A stretch of DNA of 64,000 nucleotides from Narcine bancroftii (taxonomy: Eukaryota). The stretch covers positions 205,158,377 through 205,222,376 of the forward strand of contig NC_091473.1 in the NCBI RefSeq assembly GCF_036971445.1, written 5' to 3'. The notes below the pieces were generated by a model, which had not been told where the DNA came from, made no database searches, and saw only the letters and a list, made by a program, of their open reading frames with translations. The first letter of the stretch is position 1. Each line of letters opens with the position of its first letter. Below, one piece after another: positions 35,067 through 46,562 of the stretch. The position numbers were made by a program, and so were the translations under genes.

Positions 35067-35491
35067 GATTCTGAAATCGGATGTGGGTGGAAACAAAACC
35101 GGAGACAGAGGACGCGAGACTCAGAGTGAGGCAGTCATATGGCAACTCGATCACACTCCAGCCACTGTCTGAGTGGAGGTTCCCCCTCAACCTTTCCCCT
35201 TTCACCATAAAGCGGTGTCCTCTTGTAGTTATCTCTCCAAATCTAAGTTGAAAGAGCCTACTCAATTTTACAGTGTCTACAACTCTCTTAAATTAGTAAA
35301 TCTCAATCAAGCATCCCCTTATTCCTCTACGCTACAAGTCCTAACCTGTGTAATCTTTCCCTGTAATTCAACTCCTGAATAGTCGAAACATCGTAGCAAA
35401 TCTCTCTGCACTCTTTCAATCTTAAATATACCCTTCGTATAGTTTGGCGACCAGAAGAGCACACAGAACTCCTAATGTTCTCATATTTTCT

Positions 35492-36383
35492 TTCTTTTTC
35501 AATCTTTTTATTATTATTAAAATTTATAAACACATACAGTTCAAAGAGATATAAAAAATACATAGTAAGTAATGAATTAATACAGAGATATTGAACAATA
35601 ATATTACAGAATAAAAATATATCATAAAGTGTTTTTTACATCAGTTTAAGGTGTGAACTATCTCTAAAAAAAGATATAATTAATAACAATATATGAAAAA
35701 AGAGAACAAAATACCCCAAAAAAGAAGAAAAAACAAATCTGAATTAAAAAAACTTAAAAAAAAACAAAAAAAACCTACAGATATAGCTAAACCACGCCGA
35801 TCACTCCGATCTCAACTTACAGCCCAATTATCATACATAATCATAGAAAGAAAACAGAGCCAGATCAACTCACCACAAATGAAAATATTGAATAAATGGT
35901 CGCCAGGTTAACTCAAACTTAGAAGGGGATTCATAGACAGAGTTTCTAATTTTCTCTAAATTTAAACATAGTATAGTTTGGGTAAACCATTGGAAAACAG
36001 TGGGAGGATTAACCTCTTTCCAATTCAATAGTATAGATCTTCTAGCCATTAGTGTAAGAAAAGCAATCATACGATCCGCAGGAAGGGATAAATAAGTCAA
36101 ATCTATCATAGGTGCAAAACATTCACTAATCGAGTTTAAAGTTGTTCATAGAGCTCATATGTCTAAAGATAAACTCCATCGCTTTTATTCTCATATCGAT
36201 CCTATATGTGATAAATGCCAGTTGGAAATATCTTCCCTTACACATATGTTTTGGTCCTGTCCCTCTTTACAGAATTATTGGAAGGAAATTTTTTCCATTA
36301 TATCTACTGTTTTGAATATTGATTTACAACCACATCCCATTACTGCAATTTTTGGATTACCTATGATAGATTTGACTTATTTA
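35492..36383 (-). mobile_element. Same twin-priming LINE fragment insertion, cassette-4 copy.
   Basis: TSD TCTCATATTTTCT at 35479-35491 and 36384-36396. ORF fragments 35870..36109 (-) and 36159..36383 (+). Confidence 0.75.
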
Positions 36384-37475
36384 TCTCATATTTTCTATAC
36401 TCTTCTCGTAGCTAATTGCTATTTGTTCCCTATACACACTTTACACCTTCTTCACCAGATCGCAAATGTCCTCGAAAACCAAGGTTCCCTCTGCCTGTTA
36501 TCTGTGCCTTTAATCGTGACAGGAACGGGCAAAATCTGCTCTCTCAAAATGTCATATTTGAAGACCTTCCACTGACTGAACACATATTTGCCATTAAACA
36601 GATTATTCCAGTCCACTCTTCCTCGATCCTTTCTCATTTCCATAAATTGGCCTCTCACCAATTTATAATATTAACTCGAGGGTTAGACCTGTCCATATGC
36701 ATAAGTAAATTGAAAATAAGGACATAAAGTATTGCATCAGCTCTCGTTGGCACCTATATATATTGATTAAGAAATCTTTCCTGAACAGATTTGACAAACG
36801 TTAAGCCACCCAGCCCTTTTACCACATGGGGGTCCAGTCAATATATGGAAAATTAAAATCACCTACTATCCCAACTTTCTGTTTCTTACATCGGTCTGCT
36901 TACTCTTTTCAGATTTGCACCGTCAATTCTCTTGGACTATTGTACGGTCTATAATACAACCCTTTCAGTGTGGCCGCATCATACCCGTTGGTGAACTACA
37001 TCCATATGGCCTCTGAGGACGAGTCCTGTCCTGTCTAATCTCACTCTTCCCCCTTTCACCCTCCCACATCATGTCAGAAAGAGAGAATCCTGGAGCAATG
37101 TGCTGCCAGTCCTACTGCCCCTGCAACCACGTCTCACTAAAGGCAATAAAGCCGTGATTCCACGCCTGAAAACCGCCCGCCTTTGTGGCAATACTCGTTG
37201 CATTAAAATAAATAGAACATTTCTATCGTGTGCAAACCTTTGATTTCTGTCTATACGCGCAGTCCTCACATGATATTTATCCACGTCCACCTCACTATCA
37301 GCTCTCACAATCTGGTTTCCTTCCCCCTACAAATCAAACTTAACCCTCCGGAACAGCATCAGCAAACCTGCCTGCAAGGATATAGGTCCCCTTCCAGTTC
37401 GGATACAAACCCCCTGTCGGATATATTTGCTGGACAATCCGCAGCTCAGGGGTAGAGGGTCTTTCTCACTATTGC

Positions 37476-37619
37476 ACGGACAGGAAGAAGGATTCCTTGG
37501 AGAAAAGGGGTCGGATATTCTTTGTCATTATCTCCGGAGATTCTGAAGTGGACTTGTCCGTTTGTCTCTGTTCGGTGCGATTCACACGCTTCCTGGGATA
37601 TTGCGGAGGTACACAGGCT
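37476..37619 (+). pseudogene. V fragment, family G (FR3 plus a weak 23-RSS).
   Basis: FR3 ...ISGDSEVDLSVCLCSV, heptamer CACACGC, about 21-bp spacer, ACACAGGCT. No leader or FR1-CDR2. Confidence 0.5.
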
Positions 37620-37883
37620 CATTCTGAGATGGGATGTGGTTATAGAGAAAAGGGGAGAAAGAAGTGGATAGAGCGTGTTGAGGATTGAGAAAGGTTAAGC
37701 AGGTGAAAGAGTGAGACAGAGTGAGGTAGAACCGTAGAAAGAATGAAGGGGTGAGACGGAGGAGTGAGGGAAAGCGAGGGAGGAGATACAAAGAGGGAAG
37801 GAGAAAGACGCGGGAAGTGGACATAGAGGGAGAAACTGAGCGAAGGACGGGGAACGAGATGGGGATTGTCTTATCAACTCAGT

Positions 37884-37916
37884 CTGGTCGGATCAATTAT
37901 GGCCACACGAACCAAT
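37884..37916 (+). promoter_or_regulatory. Inverted CCAAT-type pair upstream of V_C copy 2. The distal box is degenerate (TGGTCGG).
   Basis: agtcTGGTCGGatcaattatggccacacgAACCAATcc, about 120 bp upstream of ATG 38036. Confidence 0.4.
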
Positions 37917-38035
37917 CCTGTGTGAGGTAAACACTCTCATATCTGGCCCAGGCGTCATTTCGCTTAAAACATCGCCCCACCCTGGTACAGCGGTAACAGA
38001 GGGAAATCTTCGCTTTAGACCTTAATCCGCGTACC

Positions 38036-38709
38036 ATGTCCCTCCTGAGTTGTTTGCTGATTCTGTGGGCCTTTCTGACTGGTGAGACTGTCTGATTGGT
38101 CAGCGACGTCTATCCATCGTCTTTTCTCTTTGTATCTCCAGCTTTAACCTAATGAAAATTGACAATTCCCCAAAATGTTGCTTCCGACTTGGAATCGCGC
38201 TCTTATATAATCGAGCATTTGTAAAATATTCTTCCTCCGATTTGAGTCCGGGCATCATTTTCCTACTGTGCTGTTGGCTGATTGTTTGCGCCGTTCTACC
38301 TGGTGAGAGTGATTGGTCAACAAGTGTCCAGTGGGATCAGCGCGATTAACACCTTCTGTTTTGTTCCAGGGGCGAGTGGGAACGACTCAGTTAGTCAAGA
38401 CCCCACGGAATTGGTGGTCTATGAAGGGCAGATCGTATCACTGAGCTGCAGTTACTCGAAGAGCCTGACGGCATATATTTGGTACATTCATCATCCTGGA
38501 AAATCTCCCAAATATCTGCTGAAAATCTACGCGTCAGGAGAGGCGTTTCCGTCTCCAGATTGTCCGGAGAGGATATCGGGTATATTGGAGAAAAAGAGTC
38601 AGAAATCCCACCTTAACATCTCTAAAAGCCTTGTAGAAGATTCCGCCGTGTATCTCTGCGCAGTGAAGCACACGCTGTTCCTGAGCAGTGGCAGATCCGT
38701 ACAAAAAAC
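38036..38709 (+). CDS. Germline V gene segment, family C, copy 2. L-PART1 38036-38081, V exon 38370-38670, RSS 38671-38709.
   Basis: As copy 1. ORF 38282..38713. RSS is CACGCTG, 23-bp spacer, ACAAAAAAC. Confidence 0.8.
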
Positions 38710-39291
38710 GTAGCACACGAAATTTAATCGGACGCAGTGGGTCGGGGGCGCCCTCGATCACGGAATGGAAGCGGTAGCGCGACCTTCTTGGAGAGTCTGC
38801 AGGAACGTGGAGTGTGTTGAGATCTGCCCTCCTATGATCGTTTCTCTCTCTCTGCGTGCTCTGTGTCTGAGGTGAGAGGTTGGAAGTCTTGAAGAAATAG
38901 ACAGCTATTTGCTGGAATATTGTACTTAAACGATCGATTGTTGTTTAGATAGATGGGAGGGAGAGGTTATCACAACTCTCTAAAGGTTAAATAAGTGTAA
39001 GAGGGAGTGGAGTCGAAACAGAACGGGAGAAGCAGCGAGGGGGCCCAGGAAAACAAGCGGAGGTGATGGGAAGGGATGAGCGAGAGTGAAGAAGATAAAG
39101 ACGTGGGGAGTGTAAATGTAGACAGCGAAACACGAGCGAAAATGACTGAACATGAGAACAGCCAACATTAATAACTAGATTCCATTGGTCCAGTAACTGC
39201 GCCCTATTGAGCCGATGTGCGAGGAGGGCGCCCTCCTGTGTATCCTAGAGGATGGGCCGCCACTGACGCGACCACCCAGTCTTCGACTAAA

Positions 39292-39779
39292 ATGTTGAAA
39301 TATTCGCTGTTTATCTTCATGCTGGTTTCGTCCCCATTCAGTTATTTGTTGATTCTGTGGGCCGTTCAGCTTGGTGAGCCTCTGACAGATTGGACAGCGC
39401 GTGTCCCTACCGGCTCAGCGCAATTCTTCTCATATCTTGCACTGCGAGCTTCATTCCAGGAACAAAAGGGGAAATGTAGTAACACACGGAAATGTCTGCG
39501 GGACGCCAAGCAGAGTCACTGACACTACTTACCCCACAAGTCTTACCTTATATCTTTGGGACGTTAAAATCCCCGTGGATCGTCAAATCTTGGATATAAC
39601 ATCCAGTTCGATGTGGTTCAGACTCACGATCGTCTGGACAGGATGACGGTTACATTGGAGAAAAGGGTCCGAATATTACATCTCAATATCTCGAAAGCTC
39701 TTGAAGCCGACTTGACCGTGTATATCTGTGCGGTGCGGCTCACTCTGTTCTTTGGAAATTGCGGTGACGCACAAAACCT
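39292..39779 (+). pseudogene. V pseudogene, family D, copy 3. Leader 39292-39373, V exon 39460-39740, RSS 39741-39779.
   Basis: RSS is CACTCTG, 23-bp spacer, ACAAAACCT. Stop codon in the degenerate FR1-CDR2 region. Confidence 0.65.
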
Positions 39780-40023
39780 GATTCTGAAATCGGATGTGGG
39801 TGGAATCAAAACGGGAGGAAGAGGACGGGAGATCATGTTAGTGATTGCGAAAGGCCGAGCAGGTGAAAATGTTAGATAGAATGAGCTAGAGGAATAGAAT
39901 GAAAGAAGCGGAAAGAGGGACCGAGGGAGGAGATAAAAAGACGGAAGACACTGGGAATGCACAGATAGAGGGAGAAACCGTGAAAGGAGAGCTCGATGAA
40001 GACTGTCTTCTCAACGCGGTCTG

Positions 40024-40053
40024 ATTGGTTCACGAATGAGATCATCAACCAAT
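40024..40053 (+). promoter_or_regulatory. Putative V-gene promoter module: inverted CCAAT pair (ATTGGTT-N16-AACCAAT) about 130-160 bp upstream of the V_A L-PART1 ATG. Representative copy.
   Basis: ctgATTGGTTcacgaatgagatcatcAACCAATcc. The two boxes are exact reverse complements of each other. The same module precedes every distal leader of families A, B and C (for example 296-326, 42926-42955, 37884-37916). Confidence 0.5.
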
Positions 40054-40183
40054 CCTATGTGAAGGAAACGCATTCATTTCTGACCCAGGGTGTTTGTCCG
40101 CTCATAACATCGACCGATCCGTATTTCCCTATGTTCAGCTGTAATACGGGGAAATCTTCGCCTTTGACCTTAATCCGCAGATC

Positions 40184-40396
40184 ATGGCTGTTGTGTGTTT
40201 TTTGCCGATTCTTTTGGTCGTTTTGACTGGTGAGCATGTCCGATATGTTACCATCCCCGGTAGTCCACGTGTTTTTAACTTTAACCTTAGTAAAGTTAGA
40301 TGAGTTCCCCCCAAGAATCAAACTCCTTAGCTCTCCGTCCGTTTACTCGTTTACTCGTTCACTGTCTACGTACTGATCTACGTCGCGCGCCCCCTT

Positions 40397-40428
<32 letters not shown>

Positions 40429-41021
40429 CTCGCCATTCTAATGAGAGAGAAACAAGTCCAGTCTCCCAAAGACATTTTTCAGCATCCGACTTGAGTTTGC
40501 GACCTTGTGTCGGGCGAGCATTTAGAAAATTTCTTTCTTCCGAATTGAAGCCGAGCATCATGTTCCTCCTGAAGATTGGGCAGAATCTTAGGGCCGATCT
40601 GCCAGCTGAGACAGATTGGTCAACAAGTGTCGCGCGGGTGCAGTACGGACCAGCGGTGTTCACTCATTCTGCTTTGTTCCAGGGGCCAGTGCGAATGAAT
40701 CAGTGACACAAAGACCGCCGGAAATGATAGTCGATGAAGGGCAGTTTGTGGAACTGAACTGTAGTTACTCGATGACAACCTACGCTTATTTTTGGTACAT
40801 TCAACATCCCGGAGTATCTCCAAAATATTTGCTGAAAATCCAACTGTCAGGAGACGTGTTTCCTTCTCGCGATTGTCCTGAGAGGATATCGGGTTCCTTA
40901 GAGAAAACGAGCCAGAGATTCCACCTTAATATCTCACAAATCCGCGTGGATGATTCCGCCGTGCATCTCTGCGCCGTGGAGCTCACGCTGTTCCAGAGCG
41001 GCGGGGATCTGCACAAAAACT
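40184..41021 (+). CDS. Germline V gene segment, family A, copy 4. L-PART1 40184-40229, V exon 40683-40983, RSS 40984-41021.
   Basis: Canonical leader, donor and acceptor. ORF 40616..41185. Conserved Tyr before C104 is replaced by His (DSAVHLCAV). Heptamer CACGCTG, nonamer ACAAAAACT at 41013-41021. Confidence 0.75.
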
Positions 41022-42113
41022 CACCTCGAGAATTGTCATCACGCGCGGTGGCTTGGGGGCTCTCTCGGTCCCCAGAAGCCAGTTCTGTCAGTCAGATTAA
41101 TAGAAGGGTGAAGTCAACGCCGAGGTGCTGGAGATTTTCCCTCATCTTGCGTTTCTTTTTCTCTGCATCCGTTTCGTTTCTTTGAGGTTGAAGGTAGGAT
41201 GACAGCGAGGGAGAAAAAGTGAACAGCTGTTTCCCAGAATATAGTGGGAAAAGGGAAGTTATGTTTTTGTGATGGAAATTGAGAAGTTGATAAAGGCGGC
41301 GCGGGTAGGGCAAGAGCGTGGCCCCACATTCATGAGTGCATATGGCATAGAGTAGGGAACAAAACAGGCATTGATGCGTGTTTCTGATCATCGGAGAGGA
41401 GGTGATGTTGCCGATGAGCACTGTTGGGGGCTTCCAATGAGGATGTCACAGATCCAGTAACAGATGGCTGGACAAAGTACCGGATCCCTTAGATTGGTCA
41501 TCCGCTTTGCAACTGTGTGGGCGTTGAACGCCGGGCATTAGTCCTTGAACAGCAAACCCACCATGGTATTTCAGCGGTATAGGTGATTTAATAAAGAGTG
41601 GACCGTCAACAGGAGGGGTGGGGGTGGGGGGCGGTCGTCACTTGTGGCGACGGGCGATGGGCGAATTGAAGTGTGTGCAGTTCCTTCAAGTGATAGGTGT
41701 TAATGCGCTCGATAACCAAACGGCGAAAACATTTCCTCCAAGTCCGTTAACTTGCTCCTGATGGGCAACAGGAGAGAGCAACGTGGAAGCAAAATCTCAT
41801 AGAAATGCTGGAGCAACACAGCCGGTGCTGCAGAACCCAAAAGGAGGGAAAGATACCTCACCGATATTTCTGGTCTGAGCCCTTTTTCAATGAATAAGAA
41901 AATCTACTGAATGTGTTAAAATTAAGACTGCAGACTGACCGGGTTTGTTGGGGGGAGGGTGGGGTGGGGGGTGGGGGAGTGGGGCAGTTCAAAGCGACAG
42001 TTGATAATTGGCTATGGAAGGAAAAGAGATGAGAATTGATTTTGTTTCTGTCAACGGGGACAGAGGGAAACTCACATAGACCGAGACACAGAATGAGAGA
42101 GAGAGATAGATAG

Positions 42114-42114
<1 letters not shown>

Positions 42115-42183
<69 letters not shown>

Positions 42184-42184
42184 C

Positions 42185-42263
<79 letters not shown>

Positions 42264-42268
42264 GAGAG
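42115..42268. repeat. Compound (GT)n(GA)n microsatellite.
   Basis: Direct reading. Confidence 0.95.
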
Positions 42269-42353
42269 CGGAATGGAAATAGAGGGAGAGAGAGGACCGC
42301 GAGGAAATGCAAAAGTGGGAAGAATTAATTGTTTATCCTGACTTCCCCCCCTT

Positions 42354-42696
42354 TCAGTTGTTTTCTGATTTTGTGGACCGATCCTCTTGGCGAACCTCTG
42401 ACTGATTTGGTAGCTTGCGTCCCTCCCGGTTCAGCGCAATTTCTCGCATATTACATTCATTGCGTGTTTCGTTCAGACACAAATTGAAATATCGTGGCCC
42501 ATATATTAAATGCTTAAAAATTATAACCGAGACGACGTGGTTCTGCCTCACGTTTGACTGGACAGGATGACGTTGGAGAAAAGGGGCCGGATATTTCACC
42601 TCAATAAGTCGAAAACCTTTGTAGCGGACTTGATGGTTTATCCCAGGGCGGTGTGGCTCACGCTGTTCTTTGGAAATAGCTGATCGCACAAATCGT
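42354..42696 (+). pseudogene. V pseudogene, family E, copy 5.
   Basis: Homologous. Reads VYPRAV. Nonamer at 42688-42696. Confidence 0.6.
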
Positions 42697-42925
42697 ATGT
42701 GGTTTGAAATGAAACGCGAGAAAGAGGATGCTAGAGCAGGTTAGGGATTGCTTAATGTTGAACAGGTGAAAATGTGAGACAGAGTGAGCGTCAAGAATAG
42801 AACGAAAGAAGGAGAAAGAGGGCGAGGGAGGACATTAAAGAAAGGGTAGATGCGGGGAGTGAACAGGTAGAGGGTTCGTGAAGCGATTGGAACGCGATGC
42901 AAACTGTCTTCACTAACACGTTCTT

Positions 42926-42955
42926 ATTGGTTGGATAATGACCACACCAACCAGT
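42926..42955 (+). promoter_or_regulatory. Inverted CCAAT pair upstream of V_B copy 5. The proximal box is mutated to CCAGT in this copy.
   Basis: ttATTGGTTggataatgaccacaccAACCAGTcc. Other V_B copies carry AACCAATcc (for example 3258-3270 region, 16490-16500). Confidence 0.45.
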
Positions 42956-43075
42956 CCTGTATGATGGAAACACTCTCATATCTGTCCCAAGTGTTAGACC
43001 GCTCATAACATCGCCCCACCAATTGTACTGCGGTAACATAAGGAAACCTTCGTTGATGATCTTAATCCACATACC

Positions 43076-43879
43076 ATGTTCTTCGTGAATGGTTTGGTGA
43101 TTCTTTGGGCCGTTCTGACTAGTGAGCCTGTCTGACTGGTCAGCGACTTCTGCCCATTGTCCTCTCTCTACAAATCTCTAGCTTTAACCTAATTAAAGAC
43201 GGAGAATTTCCCCATCTTCCTTTGCTCTTCCTTGCACCTTCTTCCTCCGCTTACTCATTTACACACTCTCTGTGTTTACTGAACTTCCTCGCGGTTTCAC
43301 TGTCGCACTCGTTCCCCCCCTCTCTCGCTCTTCGCCATTTTCGTACGAGGGAAACGGGGACACATACAGAGTTTCTGCTGCTCCCGACGTGGGTACGCAA
43401 CCTGATACCTCCGAATTTAGACCGGGCATCATGTTCCTACTGATTTGTTGGCTGATTATATGCACCGTTCCGCCTGTTGAGACCAATTGGTCAACTAGTG
43501 CCGCGCGGGTTCAGTGCCATCCAGCGGCGTTCACACATTTTGTTTTGTTCCAGGGGCGAGGGCAAAGGATTCGGTGACCCAAAGCCCGCCGCAAATGTTA
43601 GTGGATAAAGGGCAGATCGTATCAATGAGATGTAGTTACTTGATTAGCCCCGACACTAATTTTTGGTACATTCAATATCCCGGAGAATCTCCAAAATATT
43701 TGGCGAAAATCTACACGTCCCGAATCGTGTTTCAGACTCACGATTGTCCTGAGAAAATAACGCGTTATTTGGTGAAAAAGGTAATGAAATCCCACCTCAA
43801 CATCTCTGAAAGCCTTGTGGAGGAATCCGTCGTGTATCTCACGCAGCTGCAGATGGGCTGGCAGATCCACACAAAAAAC
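43076..43879 (+). CDS. V gene segment, family B, copy 5. L-PART1 43076-43121, V exon 43554-43839, RSS 43840-43879. ORF is open but lacks the second Cys.
   Basis: Leader MFFVNGLVILWAVLT plus 1 nt, donor GTGAGC, acceptor ttccag. ORF 43514..44008 includes C23, W41, FR3 ...SESLVEESVVYL, then heptamer CACGCAG directly (no CAV codons), 24-bp spacer, nonamer ACAAAAAAC. Proximal promoter CCAAT is mutated to CCAGT in this copy (42950-42954). Confidence 0.6.
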
Positions 43880-44768
43880 CGAACCTCATGGAATTTAATC
43901 GGACACTGTGGCTCAGGGGCGCACCCGTCAACGGAATGGAAGCGACAGCGCGATCTACCTGAAGGGCCTGCTATAACGCGGAGTTGCAGGAGATTTGCCA
44001 TTCTCTGAGCGTTTCTCTTTCTCTGAGTGCTCTTGGTCTGAATTGGAGGTTGGAAGTCAGGGGAGAGTGTGAAACAGATAGGTATTTGTCAGTATATTGT
44101 AGGAAAATGAAGCAATGTTCTTTCGATGGAAGGTGAGAAGATTAAAAAATCTTAGCCACGCGGGTCGGTGGGACTAGCGATCCCTCAAACCTGTTATTGC
44201 TAAAATGAACAACTAGCTCCTTGGTCTTGATGATATTAAAAACATAATTGTCGTTCTAGAACCAGCCAAACTGGTTCTCGATCACTATCCCTCATTCGGA
44301 CTCATCGTTTCCATTTATTTGGGCAGCCCTGGTGGCGCCTTCAGCTAATTTGTAGATTGAGTTTGGGGTGAACTTGGCTGAACATCCATGAGTGAACATG
44401 GCTAAGGTTGAAGGGAGGGAGAGATTGGCACTGCTCTCGAAAGATTAACTAAGTGGAAGGCGGAGTCGCCTCAAGGAAGGAAGTGAAAGAGAACAGGAGA
44501 AGCGGCGAGAGGGTGCAGGAAAACATGTGAAGATGAAGGAAAGGGATGAGCAAGAGTGAAGAAGAGAGAGACGTCTGGTGTGTAAATATAGACAAGTAAC
44601 ACGTGGGAAAAAGAGTGAGAATGAGAACGGCCAAGATTAGTAACCAGATTTCATTGGTTCTATCACTATTGTGACGATGTGCGAGGAATGCGCCCTCCTG
44701 TGCCTCCTAGATGATGGGCCGCTACTGACGCGATCCCACAGTCACATATCGGGCGAAGACGTTGAAAG

Positions 44769-45245
44769 ATGCTTCTGTTCATATTCATCCTGGATTCCTT
44801 CCCATTCAGTGTTTTTCTGATTCTGTGGGCCGTTCTGCTTGGAGAACCTCTGTCTAATTTGTCAGCGCGTGTCCCTCCCGGCTCAGACTATTTCCTCGTA
44901 GATCTGCACTGATTGCTTCTTTCCGAAACAAATGGGGAAATGCTGTGACACACGGACATGGCCGCGGTAATACAAGAAGTGGCACTGACACTAGTAACCC
45001 GAGAGGTGTAACCTTATTTTTTGGAGACGTTACAATTCCCGTGGACCGTGAGATCTTGGATATAACATACAATTCAATGCGTTTCGGTCTCACGATCGTC
45101 CGAACAGGATGACGGTTCCTTTGGAGAAAAGGGACTGGATATTCCACCTCAATGTTTCGAAAGCTGTTGAAGCGGACTTGGCAGTGTATCTCTGCGCGGT
45201 GCCGCTCACACTGTTCTTTGGAAATTGCGGAAATGCACAAAAGTT
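44769..45245 (+). pseudogene. V pseudogene, family F, copy 5.
   Basis: Heptamer CACACTG at 45207-45213. Nonamer ACAAAAGTT at 45237-45245. Confidence 0.6.
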
Positions 45246-45670
45246 GATTCTGAAATCGGATGTGGGTGGAAACAAAACCGGAGACAGAGGACGCGAGACT
45301 CAGAGTGAGGCAGTCATATGGCAACTCGATCACACTCCCGCCACTCTCTGAGTGGAGGTTCCCCCTCAACCTTTCCCCTTTCACCATAAAGCGGTGTCCT
45401 CTTGTAGTTATCTCTCCAAATCTAAGTTGAAAGAGCCTACTCAATTTTACAGTGTCTACAACTCTCTTAAATTAGTAAATCTCAATCAAGCATCCCCTTA
45501 TTCCTCTACGCTACAAGTCCTAACCTGTGTAATCTTTCCCTGTAATTCAACTCCTGAATACTCGAAACATCGTAGCAAATCTCTCTGCACTCTTTCAATC
45601 TTAAATATACCCTTCGTATAGTTTGGCGACCAGAAGAGCACACAGAACTCCTAATGTTCTCATATTTTCT

Positions 45671-46562
45671 TTCTTTTTCAATCTTTTTATTATTATTATA
45701 ATTTATAAACACATACAGTTCAAAGAGATATAAAAAATACATAGTAAGTAATGAATTAATACAGAGATATTAAACAATAATATTACAGAATAAAAATATA
45801 TCATAAAGTTTTTTTTACATCAGTTTAAGGTGTGAAATATCTCTAAAAAAAAGATATAATTAATAACAATGTATGAAAAAAGGGAAAAAAATACCCCAAA
45901 AAAGAAGAAAAAACAAATCTGAATTAAAAAAACAAAAAAAAAACAAAAAAAACCTACAGATATTGCTAAACCACGCCGATCACTCCGATTTCAACTTACA
46001 GCCCAATTATCATACATAATCATAGAAAGAAAACAGAGCCAGATCAACTCACCACAAATGAAAATATTGAATAAATGGTCGCCAGGTTAACTCAAACTTA
46101 GAAGGGGATTCATAGACAGAGTTTCTAATTTTCTCTAAATTTAAACATAGTATAGTTTGGGTAAACCATTGGAAAACAGTGGGAGGATTAACCTCTTTCC
46201 AATTCAATAGTATAGATCTTCTAGCCATTAGTGTAAGAAAAGCAATCATACGATCCGCAGGAAGAGATAAATAAGTCAAATCTATCATAGGTGCAAAACA
46301 TTCACTAATAGAGTTTAAAGTTGTTCATAGAGCTCATATGTCTAAAGATAAGCTCCATCGCTTTTATTCTCATATCGATCCTATATGTGATAAATGTCAA
46401 TTGGAAATAGCTTCCCTTACACATATGTTTTGGTCCTGTCCCTCTTTACAGAATTATTGGAAGGAAGTTTTTTCCATTATATCTACTGTTTTGAATATTG
46501 ATTTACAACCACATCCCATTACTGCAATTTTTGGATTACCTATGATAGATTTGACTTATTTA
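45671..46562 (-). mobile_element. Same twin-priming LINE fragment insertion, cassette-5 copy.
   Basis: TSD at 45658-45670 and 46563-46575. ORF2 C-terminus 46049..46288 (-) begins MIDLTYLS..., and the inverted segment 46338..46562 (+) ends ...PMIDLTYLS. Confidence 0.75.

Noticed and set aside
43886-43892. CACTGTG heptamer about 24 bp downstream of the V_B nonamer, possibly a 12-RSS of a D or J element
   Set aside because: It is preceded by ACAAAAAAC, not by a GGTTTTTGT nonamer in the orientation required for a J-type RSS. No J-like ORF or donor follows. The arrangement is coincidental.
45109-45351. ORFs that look like a V region fused to a J-like FG.G motif (for example ...YLCAVPLTLFFGNCGNAQKLILKSDV), suggesting germline-joined VJ genes
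   Set aside because: The FFGN... stretch is just the translated 23-RSS (heptamer CACACTG, spacer, nonamer ACAAAAGCT) read through in frame. There is no J-type FGXGTXL motif with a splice donor, so these are unrearranged V segments.
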